The position numbers and the translations under genes are program-made. This document shows, piece by piece, positions 60,815-64,000 of a stretch of DNA of 64,000 nucleotides (position 1 is its first letter; every line of letters begins with the position of its first letter). Origin of the DNA: the human T2T-CHM13v2.0 reference genome, Homo sapiens; the NCBI RefSeq assembly GCF_009914755.1, contig NC_060947.1; one strand, 5' to 3'. The notes beneath the pieces are model-generated. The model did no database searches. It was given only the letters and a program-made list of their open reading frames with translations, and was not told the DNA's origin.

Positions 60815-62017
60815 GAGGAAGGCTTGAAGCCTAAGATATCTTCTGTCCTTTATCTTCTTAGTGATGCTCCGATCTTCGTGGCTTAATATACTATCTATTT
60901 GCTGATGAGTCACAAATTTGTATCTCCATACTTTTATGCCCAATTGCCTGCTGGACATATCAACTTGCATGCCTAATAGGTATCTCCAACTTACCATGTT
61001 CAAAACTGCCCCTGCCCACAACCCCCAACAAAACCTGCTGCACTCACAAAACCTGCTCCTCACAGTCTTCCCCGTCTCCCTAAATACCAATTTCATTCTT
61101 CCGGTTGCTCAGGCGGAAGACCTAGGAATCAATCTTGATTTTTCCCTCTTTCATATCCTACATTTATTTGATCAGCAAATCTTATTGGTTCTACCTTCAG
61201 AATATATCTAGAATCTGACCACTTTTTCATTGCTACTATCCTGGTTTATGTCACAATGATCTGCTTCCTGGATTATATTGCACTAGCCTCTCAACTGTTC
61301 TCCTTGCTTCTGTTCTTGCCACCATCACTCAAGCCTATTATTCTCTCACTGTTTTTTGGAACCAGGATAATTTTATTATGTGAATGTCAGATCATGTCAC
61401 TCCTCTGCTCAAAACTCCTCCAATGGCTTCCCATCTGACACTCAGTAACAACAAAACCCCTTATAATGGCCCATAATGCTGTATGCAACCCAGATATTGA
61501 CATACTCCTGTCCTTCAGGTGATGGATCAAATATCCCACTTGGTAAAATCTTCTCTGATTACCATATTTAGTATTGCAAGCGCCTTCTCGCCATTCTCTA
61601 TCTGCCTTCCATGTTTTATTTCTTTATACTTTGAATACTAGCAGATGTTATATGTTTATCTATTTATTTGTTTATCATCTATCTCCTTCTGCTAGAACAG
61701 GAGCTGGAAAACTTTTTCTGTAAAGGTCCAGATAATAAATATTTTAGGCTTTGTGAGCCACGTAATCTTTAACACAACTACCTACCTCTATCATTGTTAT
61801 ACAAAAGCTGCCATAGATGAGCATGGCTGTGTTCCAATAAAACTGTATTTACCAAAACAGGGAGCGGGCTAGATTTAGCTAATGGGCCATAGTGTACTGA
61901 CCCCTGCTAGAATGTAAATTCCAGGAGGGCAAGGACTTTTGTTTACTGCTGTATCTCCAACATCTAGAATAGTACCTGGCATATAGTAGGCACATGATTT
62001 ATTTTACTGAATGAATG
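60815..62017 (+). mobile_element. L2a-like element with 3' end, split by MER58A
   Basis: tcagatcatgtcactcctctgctcaaaactcctccaatggcttccc; terminus ccaggagggcaaggac...tgaatgaatg. Confidence 0.85.
61698..61906. mobile_element. MER58A hAT MITE
   Basis: cagg...aaactttttctgtaaaggtccagataataaatattttaggctttg...ggctgtgttccaataaaact...gacccctg; ctagaa on both flanks. Confidence 0.85.
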
Positions 62018-62724
62018 CATCAGTGGGAGATTGGAAAGCTGTGGAATAAAAAATATATATATATAACAGAGCCATTGATGGTGCAGAATCCTGAACAAAA
62101 TCTAGCTTTGGATGGGTTTGCAGCATATCAACTCTCCTTCCTTCTTTTTCCCCTCATCCCTACACTAAAACTTAAGCTTGTTATATAAAGTAAAAGTTGC
62201 TTTCATTGCCTGTGCAATTCTCCCAATGTGTGAAATTTCATCTGACTTCCTTTAATGTTGTCATTTGTCTATTTAACCCTCCTGACTCAGACTCCCTCTA
62301 ATAACAATAATAACTCAAATACTCTGTACTAAAACCAGAACGCTGAAATCAGTATTTTTAATTAATTTGAAACAACTGCTAGCAATAGCTTCTATTGACA
62401 ACTCTACGCTTTTCAACACTTAATCATATTCTGAAGTACTCCCAGAAGCTGGGCGACTGTTACTCTTATGATATGAGATGATATTTTCCTTCCATGCATT
62501 CAATGTGAATGGTTTGTTCTGAAAAACTTCAGCTTTCATGTACTCCTAATGGTAAGAATCACATGGTAGGAAATATGATAAATGAAGTATTTACCAGTTC
62601 TTACTGACTGTTCTTTCATACTTCCTTGGATCTCTTACAGGCACTAAAGATATCCTGTAGTTATATGACTTCCTATTGAAAATGCACTTTCACTCATTCA
62701 TTATTTTATATAGTCTTCCACACA

Positions 62725-62950
62725 TTGCTAACATTTACCAAACATTCACTACGTATGTGGTATTGTGCTGGGGGATTTATATATATTAATTCATTTAATT
62801 CTTATAAAACACCTAAGTGATATATACTATCATAATTTTATAGATGAAGGAACTGAAGTACTAAAAGCTGAAGTAATTTGCTCAAGGCCCCACAACCAGC
62901 AGAAAAGGAAGCTAGCATTTCAACTCAGGTCTGCCCAACTCCAGAGCCAA
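62725..62950 (-). mobile_element. MIR
   Basis: ttttatagatgaaggaactgaag...taatttgctcaagg core. Confidence 0.7.
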
Positions 62951-63689
62951 GATTTATCTATTGTTTTTTGTCACCTCAACAAATATTTACCATATGCCAT
63001 GCAGCACACTAGGCAGTACCTACAAAGATGAATAGGGCATGATCTCCTTGGCCTTCCAGAGGTAACACTAGTTGGGGCTATATGGGTGGGAATGGAGTGT
63101 CAGATGCAGAAGCTAAGGAATTTTCTCTTTACAAACAGGTGGGTGAGAAAGTAGACACAGCACTGTGAATTTGTGGAGTTTTGAAAAATGGACAGAGGGC
63201 TACAGACTGAGAGGGAATAGGGCCACCAACTCTAGAATTAAGGTCAACTGATAGGGTAGAAACATGCCATTCTCAGGGGCTTAAGCTGACAAAAGAAATT
63301 GCCCACTGTAGAAATGAGATTGGCTGCCCACAGAAAAGTATTTACTGATAGATAAGGGACCTCCCTATGTGTCATTAAGGAGTAATGCTCTAAAATGTAA
63401 TCAGTGGAAAACACAACTGTAGCCTTGGAAATGCTATGGCTGGGAAAGTCCATATAACTAAGACGGGGTTCATGATATTGTGACATGTACAAACAAGTTA
63501 TTTGACCATTATAGAGAGAAAAATAAAAATAATTAGAAAGAGAAGTTGCTTTTATTACTCTGTGCCCTGGCCTACTGACACATTTATTGACTTTCTGATA
63601 GGGTGATGCATGGATGCATCAGACTGAATAAACTACATGACTCCATCTCTTCAGATCATCCCACACCATATACTATCTCTTCACTCACC

Positions 63690-63870
63690 AGTAATAACAG
63701 TCACCATATAACAAGTGCCTACAGAGTCAAACACTTTACATAAATTATCTTATTTAATCCTCAAGGCAACTCTATGATATCATAGAATTCTATTATTAGT
63801 TCCATTTTCAAATGACGGAACTGAGGCTCAGAGAGGTTATGTGACTTAAGCCCATAAAACGGAATGAGTG
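63690..63870 (-). mobile_element. MIR
   Basis: ccattttcaaatgacggaactgaggctcagagaggttatgtgactt. Confidence 0.8.
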
Positions 63871-64000
63871 GTATATTAGTTTTCTGTGACTACCATAACA
63901 AATTGCCACAAACTTGGTGGCTTAAAACAGCAGATATTTATACTTTCACAGTTCTGGAGGCCAGAAGTTCAAAATCAAGGTGTTGGCAGGGCCATGCTCC
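63871..64000 (-). mobile_element. MLT1 (MaLR) LTR, runs off window edge
   Basis: tattagttttctgtgactaccataacaaattgccacaaacttggtggcttaaaacagcag...cacagttctggaggccagaagttcaaaatcaaggtgttggcagggcc. Confidence 0.85.

Overview
Eukaryotic, primate-type DNA (Alu/L1/MIR/L2/MER rich) that I recognise as the human Xq23 AMMECR1 locus. The first coding exon of AMMECR1 lies on the minus strand (CDS 17981->17509, GTGAGT donor) inside a CpG island, so 1-17508 is the following intron and 18.6-64 kb is upstream sequence dominated by transposons. An intronless GNG5 retrocopy (GNG5B/GNG5P2) with an intact 68-aa ORF and a 16-bp TSD sits at 46.4-46.9 kb. Best leads: (1) an out-of-frame AUG 38 nt upstream of the AMMECR1 start encodes MGRKRCV..., which matches the N-terminus of the paralog AMMECR1L as I recall it and is one nucleotide short of an in-frame fusion; (2) a TSD-bounded retro-insertion of non-coding, 3'UTR-like RNA (42272-46201) that later received a younger L1PA, next to the GNG5 retrocopy; (3) an L1 3' transduction with a 19-bp TSD (33199-34142); (4) a 5'-inverted L1 splitting a MIR; (5) a 36-bp templated insertion in an L2. 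No searches were run: repeat subfamily names and homology statements come from memory of consensus and protein sequences, and repeat boundaries are approximate.
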